The notes under the pieces: model-generated
The model's input: only the letters and a program-made list of their open reading frames with translations
The model's database searches: none
What the model was told of the DNA's origin: nothing
Translations under genes and position numbers: made by a program
Origin: Candidatus Dojkabacteria bacterium
Lineage (GTDB): Bacteria > Patescibacteriota > Dojkabacteria > SC72
Length of the DNA: 24,000 nucleotides
NCBI GenBank assembly: GCA_012800885.1
Contig: JAAZIL010000047.1
Span: forward strand, 5,887 to 29,886
Direction: 5' to 3'
In this document: positions 7,755-15,866 of the stretch, one piece after another
How the letters are laid out: the number at the start of each line of letters is the position of its first letter
Numbering within the stretch: the stretch's first letter is position 1

Positions 7755-8459
7755 ATGATTAGAAAAAAGATAGGGGTATTGTTAGCACTACTCCTTTTTA
7801 CCATAAATAGTCCTCTTCTGAGAGAGAAAGCTTACGCTTCTGATGCACCTCTTTTTTTTTATCCTTCCAGTGGTATTGTTGAGGATGTAGAGGAGGGTTT
7901 TACGGTTGATGTACTAATTGATAGTGGAGGGGTAGAGATATCTAAGGCTAGGGTAGTTGTTAAATATGATCCTCAGGTAATTATCTTGAAGGAGGCAGGG
8001 AGAAATAATAGCCTCTTTGCACAATTTCCTGACGACCAGAGTAGTACAGATAATGTCGAAGGTATTGTAATGCTTACTGGTATAACGGAGATAGAAGATG
8101 GAGTCCCATTCTATACTACTGTAGGTGAACCAGATGTATTTATTAGGTTGAAATTTGAGATTATTGACACTTCTGTAGAGAAGATTGTGCTTGATATGAA
8201 CTATTCAGGAGAGGATGAACTGTTTGAATCCATCATTATTACTGCTCATGAACCTAACTCTAATATTCTTCTTAGCAAGCCAAGCTCTGCGATATTCCAT
8301 CTTAAAAGTGACGATATTCCAGAGACTGCAATTAATATCAGTAGTACAGGCATTATAGTTGGGTTAGTTCTAATTCTTGCTGGGGCTTTTGTCAGAAGGA
8401 GTAATGACAATATATTTATTAAAAGAAGAGGTACTGTTGTAATAGAAGGAACCGAGTAA
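7755..8459 (+). CDS. Secreted cohesin-domain-like protein with a C-terminal membrane anchor
   Basis: 234 aa. Signal peptide (MIRKKIGVLLALLLFTINSPLL...AYA). The beta-rich region FFYPSSGIVEDVEEGFTVDVLIDSGGVEISKARVVVKYDPQVIILKE...GIVMLTG resembles cohesin-type domains. C-terminal TM helix GIIVGLVLILAGAFV is followed by RRS. Confidence 0.5.
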   Translation: MIRKKIGVLLALLLFTINSPLLREKAYASDAPLFFYPSSGIVEDVEEGFTVDVLIDSGGVEISKARVVVKYDPQVIILKEAGRNNSLFAQFPDDQSSTDNVEGIVMLTGITEIEDGVPFYTTVGEPDVFIRLKFEIIDTSVEKIVLDMNYSGEDELFESIIITAHEPNSNILLSKPSSAIFHLKSDDIPETAINISSTGIIVGLVLILAGAFVRRSNDNIFIKRRGTVVIEGTE

Positions 8460-8505
8460 TTATTGATAAGGATTAAGATATTTGATATTATTTAGGACAT
8501 TTTAA

Positions 8506-8581
8506 GCCGAGATAGCTCAGCTGGTAGAGCATCTGTCTGAAGAACAGGGGGTCCCCAGTTCAAATCTGGGTCTCGGCACCA
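8506..8581 (+). tRNA. tRNA-Phe (anticodon GAA), CCA encoded
   Basis: Hand-folded cloverleaf: acceptor GCCGAGA/TCTCGGC, D-stem GCTC/GAGC, anticodon stem TCTGT/ACAGG with loop CTGAAGA, T-arm CCCAG-TTCAAAT-CTGGG, and discriminator A plus CCA. Confidence 0.95.
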
Positions 8582-8655
8582 GCGAGAGTAGTTCAGTTGG
8601 CTAGAACGACACATTGCCAATGTGTAGGTCGCGGGTTCAAATCCCGTCTCTCGCT
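8582..8655 (+). tRNA. tRNA-Gly (anticodon GCC)
   Basis: Acceptor GCGAGAG/CTCTCGC, D-stem GTTC/GAAC, anticodon stem ACACA/TGTGT with loop TTGCCAA, and T-arm GCGGG-TTCAAAT-CCCGT. No CCA is encoded. It starts on the base after the CCA of tRNA-Phe. Confidence 0.95.
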
Positions 8656-8656
8656 C

Positions 8657-9283
8657 TTACTGAGATTTTTTAAGTGACTTTTTAAGGAAGGATATAATTC
8701 TTTTTCTGTTTTTCCAAGATATACTTATTAGAAGATATCCAAATACAATTATTATTATCCATTTATCACCGATACTCATGTACTTTTTTATAGTACTTAA
8801 GTTCCCAGCAGCAAGTTTCCCAATATATGCTATTATCAATGAGTTAAAGAATACTCCTAAGAAAAGAGCAAAAGAGAATTTGAAGAAATTTACTCTTAGG
8901 AAACCAGCAGCCAAGGTCGCTGCAACTCTTACCCACGGTACAAATCTAGATAGAAAAACATAGAGATATTTCTTCTTATCCAGCTTATTCTTGCTTGAAT
9001 CAAACCTTACCTTATTCACTCCTAAGAACTTTCCTTTTCCATCTAACCACTTATATATATTCTTATCAGTGAATAAACTTCCTAGAAGGAATATAGGTAA
9101 TCCACCTACGACTTCTCCTAGTGCTGTTACTAGGGAGATTAGATACACATTGTTCTCTTCCATTGAAGCAAGTATTGCTATTACAATCTCTGTAGGGAAT
9201 AAACCAACTGCCGAGATAAAGATACCCCAATACCTTAATGCAATGAACCACTCTATTAGTTTTGTAATTATTAAGTTCAACAT
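8657..9283 (-). CDS. DedA/VTT-family membrane protein
   Basis: 208 aa multi-pass membrane protein. DedA-like segments are YWGIFISAVGLFPTEIVIAILA and LSRFVPWVRVAATLAAGFLRVNFFKF. Confidence 0.72.
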   Translation of the reverse strand: MLNLIITKLIEWFIALRYWGIFISAVGLFPTEIVIAILASMEENNVYLISLVTALGEVVGGLPIFLLGSLFTDKNIYKWLDGKGKFLGVNKVRFDSSKNKLDKKKYLYVFLSRFVPWVRVAATLAAGFLRVNFFKFSFALFLGVFFNSLIIAYIGKLAAGNLSTIKKYMSIGDKWIIIIVFGYLLISISWKNRKRIISFLKKSLKKSQ

Positions 9284-9364
9284 ACTACTTTGAAATATTA
9301 ACAGATATTTAGATTAGGTCAAATATCTCTTCCAAATTTTTTGAAGGTAGGATAAACTTTGTGT

Positions 9365-10141
9365 ATGACAAAAGTATCTTTTAAGAGAAGTGTTGTTTTT
9401 AATAAGATTAAGAGAAATAGTGTTACTATCTTTTTAAAGAAGTATTTACCATATATACTGTTTTTTACCTTGTTAGGTTTCTCTTTTGTTTTTCATTTCT
9501 GGGATATCAAAAAGATAGAGTTTAATCTTTCTGAGCTTAAATATTTAGACAGTAATGAATTAGATATATATCTAGAGGAGTATGTGGGTATGAATCTGTT
9601 TTTAGTAGATCCTAATGAAATTGAAAAGGTATTAATTAATGGAAATGGTTTTGTTAAGAGTGTACTAACAGAGAAGATATTACCAAATAGGTTGAAAATA
9701 TCAATAACTGAATATACTCCATACTATTCGGGCTACTCTTTAGATAAGTGTTTCCTCTTCTCAAGCGAAGGAACAAAAATAGATATACTGTGTGAAGAGT
9801 GTGAAGATGAGTGTTGGGAGGTGTCATCTGAATACTCTCAGATATATATTAGTTCTAATTCGGTAATAGAGAGTGCTAATAATTTAATATTTTTTGATGA
9901 AATAAGGAGAATAGAAGAGATACTCTCTCTCTTTGGGTATAAGGCTAAAGAGATATTAATAAATGATGGTATTGTAGTTTTTAATGATGAGGATAAGCAT
10001 AAATTTACATTTGATATAGCGTATAATCTTGATTTACAATTAGCAAGACTCTATCTTGTTTGTAAAAAGATTAATTCTGATAGTATAAAATTTAAAAGCT
10101 TGGACTTGCGATTTGATAGACCTGTTATGAAGATAAAGTAG
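9365..10141 (+). CDS. ftsQ: Cell-division protein FtsQ/DivIB (POTRA domain)
   Basis: Single N-terminal TM helix (LPYILFFTLLGFSFVFHFW). POTRA-like IKKIEFN...LDSNELDIYLEEYVGMNLFLVDPNEIEKVL...VKSVLTEKILPNRLKISITEYTPYY and C-terminal LDLRFDRPVMKI. It lies directly upstream of ftsA-ftsZ. The ORF track starts at TTG 9359. I prefer ATG 9365, but the choice is uncertain. Confidence 0.72.
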   Translation: MTKVSFKRSVVFNKIKRNSVTIFLKKYLPYILFFTLLGFSFVFHFWDIKKIEFNLSELKYLDSNELDIYLEEYVGMNLFLVDPNEIEKVLINGNGFVKSVLTEKILPNRLKISITEYTPYYSGYSLDKCFLFSSEGTKIDILCEECEDECWEVSSEYSQIYISSNSVIESANNLIFFDEIRRIEEILSLFGYKAKEILINDGIVVFNDEDKHKFTFDIAYNLDLQLARLYLVCKKINSDSIKFKSLDLRFDRPVMKIK

Positions 10142-10148
10142 GGTACAT

Positions 10149-10177
10149 TTGACAAAAAAGAATTACTTTGTAAAAAT
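10149..10177 (+). promoter_or_regulatory. Candidate sigma70-type promoter for ftsA-ftsZ (TTGACA-N16/17-TAAAAA/AAAAAT)
   Basis: A perfect -35 TTGACA lies at 10149-10154, with an A/T hexamer at the correct spacing. It sits in the largest non-coding gap of the window (126 nt). Confidence 0.3.
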
Positions 10178-10206
10178 AATCTTAGTTCTTGCTAAATGTA
10201 TTTTTT

Positions 10207-10236
10207 TTGACTATATTATATATACCAAGCTAATAA
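10207..10236 (+). promoter_or_regulatory. Second candidate promoter for ftsA (TTGACT-N18-TAATAA)
   Basis: TTGACT at 10207-10212 and TAATAA at 10231-10236. The AT-rich context makes the specificity low. Confidence 0.22.
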
Positions 10237-10267
10237 TTTAAAGTAATATTATACTGCCTTAAAGAAA

Positions 10268-11557
10268 ATGGCACACAAAACAATAACATCGATAGATGTA
10301 GGCTCATCTAAAATTACTACAATAATTTCTTCCATAGAAGACGGACAATCCCCCTCTGTAATAGGGGTATGTTCTTACCCCAGTAAGGGGATAAAGAAAG
10401 GTGTAGTTGTTAATATTGATGATGCAACTAATGCAATTTCAGAGAGTGTAATGGCTGCAGAGAGAATGGCAGGGATTACAGTATCAGATGTATGTGTATC
10501 AATTAATGGTGAATTAGTTACAAGTTTAAACAACAAGGGTGTTATTGCTGTATCTGGTTCTGAGATTACAATAGATGATACTTTCAGAGCAATAGAGAAT
10601 GCCAGAACTCTCTCTCTGCCTGATAACTTGAATCCGATACATATTATTCCAAGGGAATTTGTTGTTGATAATCAAGGTGGTATTAAATATCCTATTGGAA
10701 TGTCTGGAAGTAGATTAGAGGTAGAGACTCATATTATTACTGCTCCTAACTCCTATTGGCAAAATATTAAGAAGTGTGTTGAACAATTAGGTTTAAATGT
10801 TGCAGATGTAGTATTTACTGGTTGGGCTTCTTCTCTAGCTGTATTAACAGATACAGAGAAAGAGTTAGGAGTTACTCTATTAGATATTGGTGCAGGGACA
10901 ACAAGTATCACTATATTCGAAGAGGGTGCTATTATTTACAGTAGTGTAATTCCTTTGGGAGGAGTTAATATTACAAGTGATATTGCAATTGGGTTACAAG
11001 TCTCTCTAGAAGATGCAGAGAAAATTAAGGTTAATGTAGGAGATTTGTTTGAAAACAAGAAAAAAGCAGAGAGAACAGATTCAGATTCTACACCAGCCCT
11101 GTTAAGGAAAATAGAGGAAGAATCACCTAAGAAGAGTAAGGGAGATGAGGTTGATCTAGCTCTACTTAATATACCTAGTAAGAAGGTATCAAAAGAGATG
11201 TTAAACAGTATTATAGAGGCTAGATGTGAGGAGATTTTTGAAATGGCGATTGATAATGTAAAGAAAGCAGGTTTTAAAATTGCTATGCCCGCTGGTATAG
11301 TTCTTACAGGGGGTAGTTCTCTTCTAAAAGATCTCTCTAAATCTGCACAGGAAGTATTTGGTGTAGCCTCTAGAGTAGGTTATCCTTCTGGACTAGGAGG
11401 AATGATAGAAGAGATATCAGATCCATCATTTTCTTGTGTACAGGGAATTATTAAACATGAACTGGAAGGTGATATAGATTCGGATAGTACTACCATTAAG
11501 GGTGGTGGTAGTTTTTTTAAGAAGATAGTAGAATGGTTGAAATCATTGTTACCTTAA
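10268..11557 (+). CDS. ftsA: Cell-division protein FtsA
   Basis: 429 aa actin-fold protein: SIDVGSSKITTII, DIGAGTTSITIFEEG, VLTGGSS. The C-terminal amphipathic helix is GGGSFFKKIVEWLKSLLP. Confidence 0.93.
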   Translation: MAHKTITSIDVGSSKITTIISSIEDGQSPSVIGVCSYPSKGIKKGVVVNIDDATNAISESVMAAERMAGITVSDVCVSINGELVTSLNNKGVIAVSGSEITIDDTFRAIENARTLSLPDNLNPIHIIPREFVVDNQGGIKYPIGMSGSRLEVETHIITAPNSYWQNIKKCVEQLGLNVADVVFTGWASSLAVLTDTEKELGVTLLDIGAGTTSITIFEEGAIIYSSVIPLGGVNITSDIAIGLQVSLEDAEKIKVNVGDLFENKKKAERTDSDSTPALLRKIEEESPKKSKGDEVDLALLNIPSKKVSKEMLNSIIEARCEEIFEMAIDNVKKAGFKIAMPAGIVLTGGSSLLKDLSKSAQEVFGVASRVGYPSGLGGMIEEISDPSFSCVQGIIKHELEGDIDSDSTTIKGGGSFFKKIVEWLKSLLP

Positions 11558-11590
11558 ACTGCCTAGTATAATTTTAATAAGTAAAAGTTT

Positions 11591-12811
11591 ATGCCTCTAA
11601 TTACAACAAATGTTGAACTAACTGCAAAAATTAAAGTTGTTGGGGTAGGTGGTGGTGGATGTAATGCAATTAATACTATGTTATCAGATTATGAGATTCC
11701 AGGTGTTGAATTTATGGCTTTTAATACAGATGCACAAGCCCTTAAGCTCTCTAAAGCCCCTATTACTGTTCAGCTGGGTGAGACCTTAACAAAAGGGTTA
11801 GGAGTGGGTGGAAACCATGTTCTAGGAGCAGAAGCAGCAGAGGAGAGCTTAGATACTATACAAGAGCATCTAGAGGGTGCTGATATGGTCTTTATTACAG
11901 CAGGAATGGGTGGTGGTACAGGTACTGGTGCTGCTCCAATTATTGCGGGTGTAGCTAAGAATATGGGTGCTTTAACTGTAGCTGTTGTAACTAAACCTTT
12001 TGATTTTGAAGGTAACAAGAGAAGAGAGATAGCAGAAGAGGGTATAGCTAATCTGAGAGATAAAGTAGATACATTAATAATAGTTCCTAATCAGAGATTG
12101 TTAGAGATAGTAGAGGATAACATCTCCTTTATTGAAGCGATGAAAATGGTAGATTCTGTCTTAGCCGAAGGAGTTAATAGTATCTCTATGTTGATTAGTG
12201 AAACCGGCTATATTAACGCAGATTTTAGTGATGCAAAATCTGTCATGCAAGATGCAGGAACAGCACTAATGGGTATTGGGAGAGCAAGTGGAGAGAAGAG
12301 AGCTGAACAAGCTGCCAGATTAGCAACTACAAGTCCTCTACTTGATATGTCAATAGAAGGAGCAACAGGAGTCTTGTACAATGTAGTTGGTGCTGATTTA
12401 ACACTACCAGAGGTGAGTTTAGTCTCAGAGTTAATTAAAGAAGCAGTAGATCCATCTGCAAATATTAAATTTGGAGCTCAGATTGATCCTTCCCTTGAAG
12501 ATGAGATAGTAATTACAATTGTAGCTACAGGTTTTGATGAGAGTAGACAGATTTATACTAAACATCAGAAGGGAGAGGAAGAGATAGATGATTTTGAGAT
12601 AGATGAGATACCTTTAGATGATGAGCTTTCAGAAGAAGATATAATTGAGAAGAAACCTGATTTTTTTGATGCGATAGAGGAGGAGAAAGAGGAGATTACC
12701 TCAGAGCCTGATTTAGACCTTCCAGTATCATTAGATGAGAAAGAATTTGAAGATCCTCTTGAGAAGCCTGCTTTTATGAGAAGGATTCTGGATAAAAAGA
12801 AGAAAAAGTAG
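11591..12811 (+). CDS. ftsZ: Cell-division GTPase FtsZ
   Basis: IKVVGVGGGGCNAIN, tubulin signature GMGGGTGTGAAP and NTDAQAL. An acidic linker leads to the conserved C-terminal peptide DPLEKPAFMRRIL followed by KKKKK. Confidence 0.98.
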   Translation: MPLITTNVELTAKIKVVGVGGGGCNAINTMLSDYEIPGVEFMAFNTDAQALKLSKAPITVQLGETLTKGLGVGGNHVLGAEAAEESLDTIQEHLEGADMVFITAGMGGGTGTGAAPIIAGVAKNMGALTVAVVTKPFDFEGNKRREIAEEGIANLRDKVDTLIIVPNQRLLEIVEDNISFIEAMKMVDSVLAEGVNSISMLISETGYINADFSDAKSVMQDAGTALMGIGRASGEKRAEQAARLATTSPLLDMSIEGATGVLYNVVGADLTLPEVSLVSELIKEAVDPSANIKFGAQIDPSLEDEIVITIVATGFDESRQIYTKHQKGEEEIDDFEIDEIPLDDELSEEDIIEKKPDFFDAIEEEKEEITSEPDLDLPVSLDEKEFEDPLEKPAFMRRILDKKKKK

Positions 12812-12814
12812 AAA

Positions 12815-13042
12815 GTGATTATCAATGTAAAAGTTACTACTCGTTCTCGAAAGAGTGATGTAAAAGTATCTGATGGCGTATACCTAGTTTCTCTCAAGAG
12901 TCTACCCTTTAAGAACAAGGCTAATATTGAATTAATTAATACCCTATCTTCATATTTTAATGTTTCAAAATCTTCTATTAAAATATTAAGAGGTTTAAAA
13001 AGTAGACACAAATTAGTGGAAATTAAGCAAGATGATACTTAA
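12815..13042 (+). CDS. DUF167 (YggU-like) small protein
   Basis: 75 aa with a GTG start 3 nt after the ftsZ stop. The pattern INVKVTTRSRKSDVKV...LVSLKSLPFKNKANIELINTLSSYFNVSKSSIKILRGLKSRHKLVEI matches the DUF167 consensus (..A.P..GkAN..L...L......v.i..G..Sr.K.v.i). Confidence 0.7.
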   Translation: MIINVKVTTRSRKSDVKVSDGVYLVSLKSLPFKNKANIELINTLSSYFNVSKSSIKILRGLKSRHKLVEIKQDDT

Positions 13043-14336
13043 AAGAAGAGAGAAGCAAAGGATAAAAATTGATTTTACTATTCTTCTATGTTTACTATTC
13101 CTTGGTGTAATAGGTATCATTACTCTTCTCTCAACAACTGTCCAACCAGATGGTTCCTTTGGTAGTTTAACTATAGTGTATAGGCAGGTCCTATTTTTAA
13201 TTTTCGGTATGATACTATACTTTATCTTCTCCTTGGTAGATATTAATATATTTAAATACTGGCAGGTAATCTTAGGGATATATCTTTTGACAATAGTCTC
13301 TCTTATTCTTGTACTTTTAATAGGCCCTGTTATTAATAATGTTCAGAGATGGATAGTAATTGGAGGTATACAGATACAACCCTCAGAGATTGCGAAAGTA
13401 ACTGTTATTCTTACAACAACCTACATTTTTACTTTTAGAGAGAGATATAATCAGTGGCTACTCCTTTCTCTCTCACTATTGGTTACACTTCCGATTGTAT
13501 TATTAGTCTATTTACAACCAGCAGGTAGTATGTCTGTATTAATACTTTTAATATGGTTTTTTGTTGCCTTTACAGGTTTAAGTAATCAATTAAGAAATAC
13601 TATCGCTCTTCTAGTATCGTTATTAATTATGTTCTCTCTTTTCCTTATTAGTATTAGTGGTAATTGGATATATATATTACTCCTTTTTGTATCTATTATC
13701 TTAGGAGTATTCGGTTATTACTTTAGAGATAATTGGAAACCAATAATAATTGGAAGTATTATTGTAGGTCTAATACTAGGCTCTCTTAGTGTAGTACTGT
13801 ATAAGAAGGTTTTAAGAGATTATCAGAGAAACAGAATAGAAGCTTTTCTTAATCCAAGTGAAACAAGTAAAGATATAGGTTTTAATGTAGATCAAGCTAG
13901 AATAGCTATCGGTTCAGGACAGATATGGGGGAAAGGGTTTGGTAATGGTACTCAGAGTAAGAGAGATTTTCTACCGGAGCATCAAACCGACTTTATATAC
14001 GCATCTTTTGCAGAAGAGTTCGGTCTTAGTGGTACTCTTTTTCTTCTCTCTCTGTACGGGATCTTACTTGTGAAGATATTAATTATCTCTATTGATAATG
14101 CCAACAATAGTTTTTTCTCTATGATACTGGTTGGAATTTCAATTAAATTACTTTTAGAGATATTTATAAATATCGGAACAAATACAGGAATTATTCCTGC
14201 AACCGGTATCCCTTTGCCACTAATTAGTGCAGGAGGTACTATTACAGTGATGACACTATTCTCATTTGGCTTAATTCAAAGTATAATAAACAGGAGTGAA
14301 GGTAGAGATAGTAGTAATATAATTGACAATTTCTAA
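13032..14336 (+). CDS. ftsW: SEDS-family peptidoglycan polymerase FtsW/RodA
   Basis: 434 aa with about 10 TM helices. SEDS motifs are IQPSEIAKV, RNRIEAFLNP, DFLPEHQTDFIYA and GIPLPLISAGGT. It overlaps the DUF167 gene by 11 nt. The call of FtsW over RodA rests only on context next to ftsZ. Confidence 0.85.
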   Translation: MILKRREKQRIKIDFTILLCLLFLGVIGIITLLSTTVQPDGSFGSLTIVYRQVLFLIFGMILYFIFSLVDINIFKYWQVILGIYLLTIVSLILVLLIGPVINNVQRWIVIGGIQIQPSEIAKVTVILTTTYIFTFRERYNQWLLLSLSLLVTLPIVLLVYLQPAGSMSVLILLIWFFVAFTGLSNQLRNTIALLVSLLIMFSLFLISISGNWIYILLLFVSIILGVFGYYFRDNWKPIIIGSIIVGLILGSLSVVLYKKVLRDYQRNRIEAFLNPSETSKDIGFNVDQARIAIGSGQIWGKGFGNGTQSKRDFLPEHQTDFIYASFAEEFGLSGTLFLLSLYGILLVKILIISIDNANNSFFSMILVGISIKLLLEIFINIGTNTGIIPATGIPLPLISAGGTITVMTLFSFGLIQSIINRSEGRDSSNIIDNF

Positions 14337-14360
14337 TTAATAACATAAAATCCTCTCGTT

Positions 14361-14690
14361 ATGACCAAATCAAATGAACAAAAATTTGCAGTTATTCAAT
14401 TATCAGGTTCTCAGATAAAAGTCTATGAAGGCAAAGAGTACGAAGTAAACAAACTAAAAGGTAATAAAGGAGATACCATTGAGATAGAAGAGGTACTTCT
14501 AATTGTAAATGGAGAAGATATTAGAATAGGAGAACCTTATCTGAAAGATAGTAAAGTTCTCTTAGAGATTACATCTCAGAAAAAAGATAAGAAAGTTAAT
14601 GTAGTAAAGTATAAAGCTAAATCTAGGTATAGAAGAACATACGGTCACAGAGCTTTAATTACAAGAGTATTGGTTAAAGAGATTAAATAA
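14361..14690 (+). CDS. rplU: 50S ribosomal protein L21
   Basis: 109 aa. FAVIQLSGSQIKVYEGKEYEVNKL...KVNVVKYKAKSRYRRTYGHR is typical of bL21. Confidence 0.93.
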   Translation: MTKSNEQKFAVIQLSGSQIKVYEGKEYEVNKLKGNKGDTIEIEEVLLIVNGEDIRIGEPYLKDSKVLLEITSQKKDKKVNVVKYKAKSRYRRTYGHRALITRVLVKEIK

Positions 14691-15844
14691 TGCGATATTT
14701 TTTTGAATCTGGTGTTTTTCCTGAACTCTCATTTGTAGAACTTGTCTCTGTATTCCATTCCTTTAACATCTCTCCCGATTGTATAAGAAGGACTGATGAG
14801 AAGATACTTCTAGTAGAGAGTAATGCATTGACTATCAACGAGTTACATAAGATATTTCTCAGGTTAGGAGGTTTTGTACGTTTCGGTATTGTAATAGATG
14901 ACCTTGATACCTTCTTAACTCCATATACTAAACAGGAAAAAATAACATTTGCTGTTTCATCACTTAATAGTAAAAATGTTACCCTTAAAGAGATTCAAAG
15001 CCTCTCTAATGATATTAAGAGGAATTTTAAGAAGATAGGTATTTCATCTAGATTTATACTACCAAAGAGAAATGTTTTAAATGCTGCTCAGATAACAAAG
15101 AATAATATTCTAGAAGAAGGTTTCGAATTATGTATATTTGATATTAAAAGAGAGAGATATTTTGGTAATACTATTGCAGTGCAGGATATCAATTCTTTTG
15201 TAAAGAGAGATTTAGATAAACCTTTTAGTGATTATGATATGGGCGTACTACCTCAGAAACTGGCGCGTATTATGTGTAATCTTACTGGATTAAAAGAAGG
15301 CATTATATGGGATCCTTTCTGTGGAAGTGGAACTATTCTCATGGAAGCAAGTGAACTCGGTTTTGATGTATTAGGCTCTGATATAGATATTAGATCCATT
15401 GAGGGTAGTGAGCAGAATCTTAGATGGCTTTTAGGAGAAGATACCAAGTATAATGTTTTCTATCTAGATATTCATAATGTTGAGAAAAAAGCTATTAGAC
15501 ATCTAAAGTTAACAGGAATTAATGCAGTTGTATGTGAGCCTTTTATGGGACCACCTCAGAGGAGAGTAATAAGTATGTCTAAGGCTGAAGAACTGCTGAA
15601 TAATGTAAAGAAAATATATATATCACTATTTAAAGTTTTGGATCAGATATCAACAAGTAATTTCAAAGTAGTATTAATTTTACCAGAATACAAAACAACT
15701 AACGGTTGGATTTCACTTAGAATAAAGGATATTGTTGGTAAGAAATGGGATATACTTAATAGGCAATTAGGAGAAAAAGACTTGAAATGGAAGAGGATAA
15801 ATAGTATTATCACAAGGAGTATTTTTGTACTCTCAAAGAAGTAA
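14690..15844 (+). CDS. Class I SAM-dependent RNA methyltransferase, Trm11/RlmL (UPF0020)-like, with a non-canonical motif IV
   Basis: 384 aa. The ATG overlaps the rplU stop (TAATG). Motif I DPFCGSGTILMEASELG is preceded by LPQKLARIMCNLTG, as in Trm11/Trm-G10/RlmL. The acidic loop is GSDID. The motif IV position reads VVCEPFMGPP instead of (D/N)PPYG. The N-terminal ~190 aa is a plausible THUMP-like RNA-binding region (inferred). Confidence 0.7.
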   Translation: MRYFFESGVFPELSFVELVSVFHSFNISPDCIRRTDEKILLVESNALTINELHKIFLRLGGFVRFGIVIDDLDTFLTPYTKQEKITFAVSSLNSKNVTLKEIQSLSNDIKRNFKKIGISSRFILPKRNVLNAAQITKNNILEEGFELCIFDIKRERYFGNTIAVQDINSFVKRDLDKPFSDYDMGVLPQKLARIMCNLTGLKEGIIWDPFCGSGTILMEASELGFDVLGSDIDIRSIEGSEQNLRWLLGEDTKYNVFYLDIHNVEKKAIRHLKLTGINAVVCEPFMGPPQRRVISMSKAEELLNNVKKIYISLFKVLDQISTSNFKVVLILPEYKTTNGWISLRIKDIVGKKWDILNRQLGEKDLKWKRINSIITRSIFVLSKK

Positions 15845-15866
15845 TTAACTTGTATCTGTTTTTTTT

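Noticed and set aside
8778-9293. Three short ORFs (8778-8963 +, 8991-9293 +, 9066-9251 -)
   Set aside because: All are nested in or antisense to the DedA-family gene, which has a coherent multi-TM profile and family motifs. None of the three has a recognisable feature.
11770-12018. 82-aa minus-strand ORF
   Set aside because: It is antisense to the most conserved part of ftsZ (the GGGTGTGAAP region). Its Pro/Ala-rich translation mirrors the Gly codons.
12565-13011. 148-aa minus-strand ORF
   Set aside because: It is antisense to the FtsZ acidic C-terminal linker and the DUF167 gene. Its Ser-rich translation is the mirror image of the GAA/GAG/GAT-rich coding strand.
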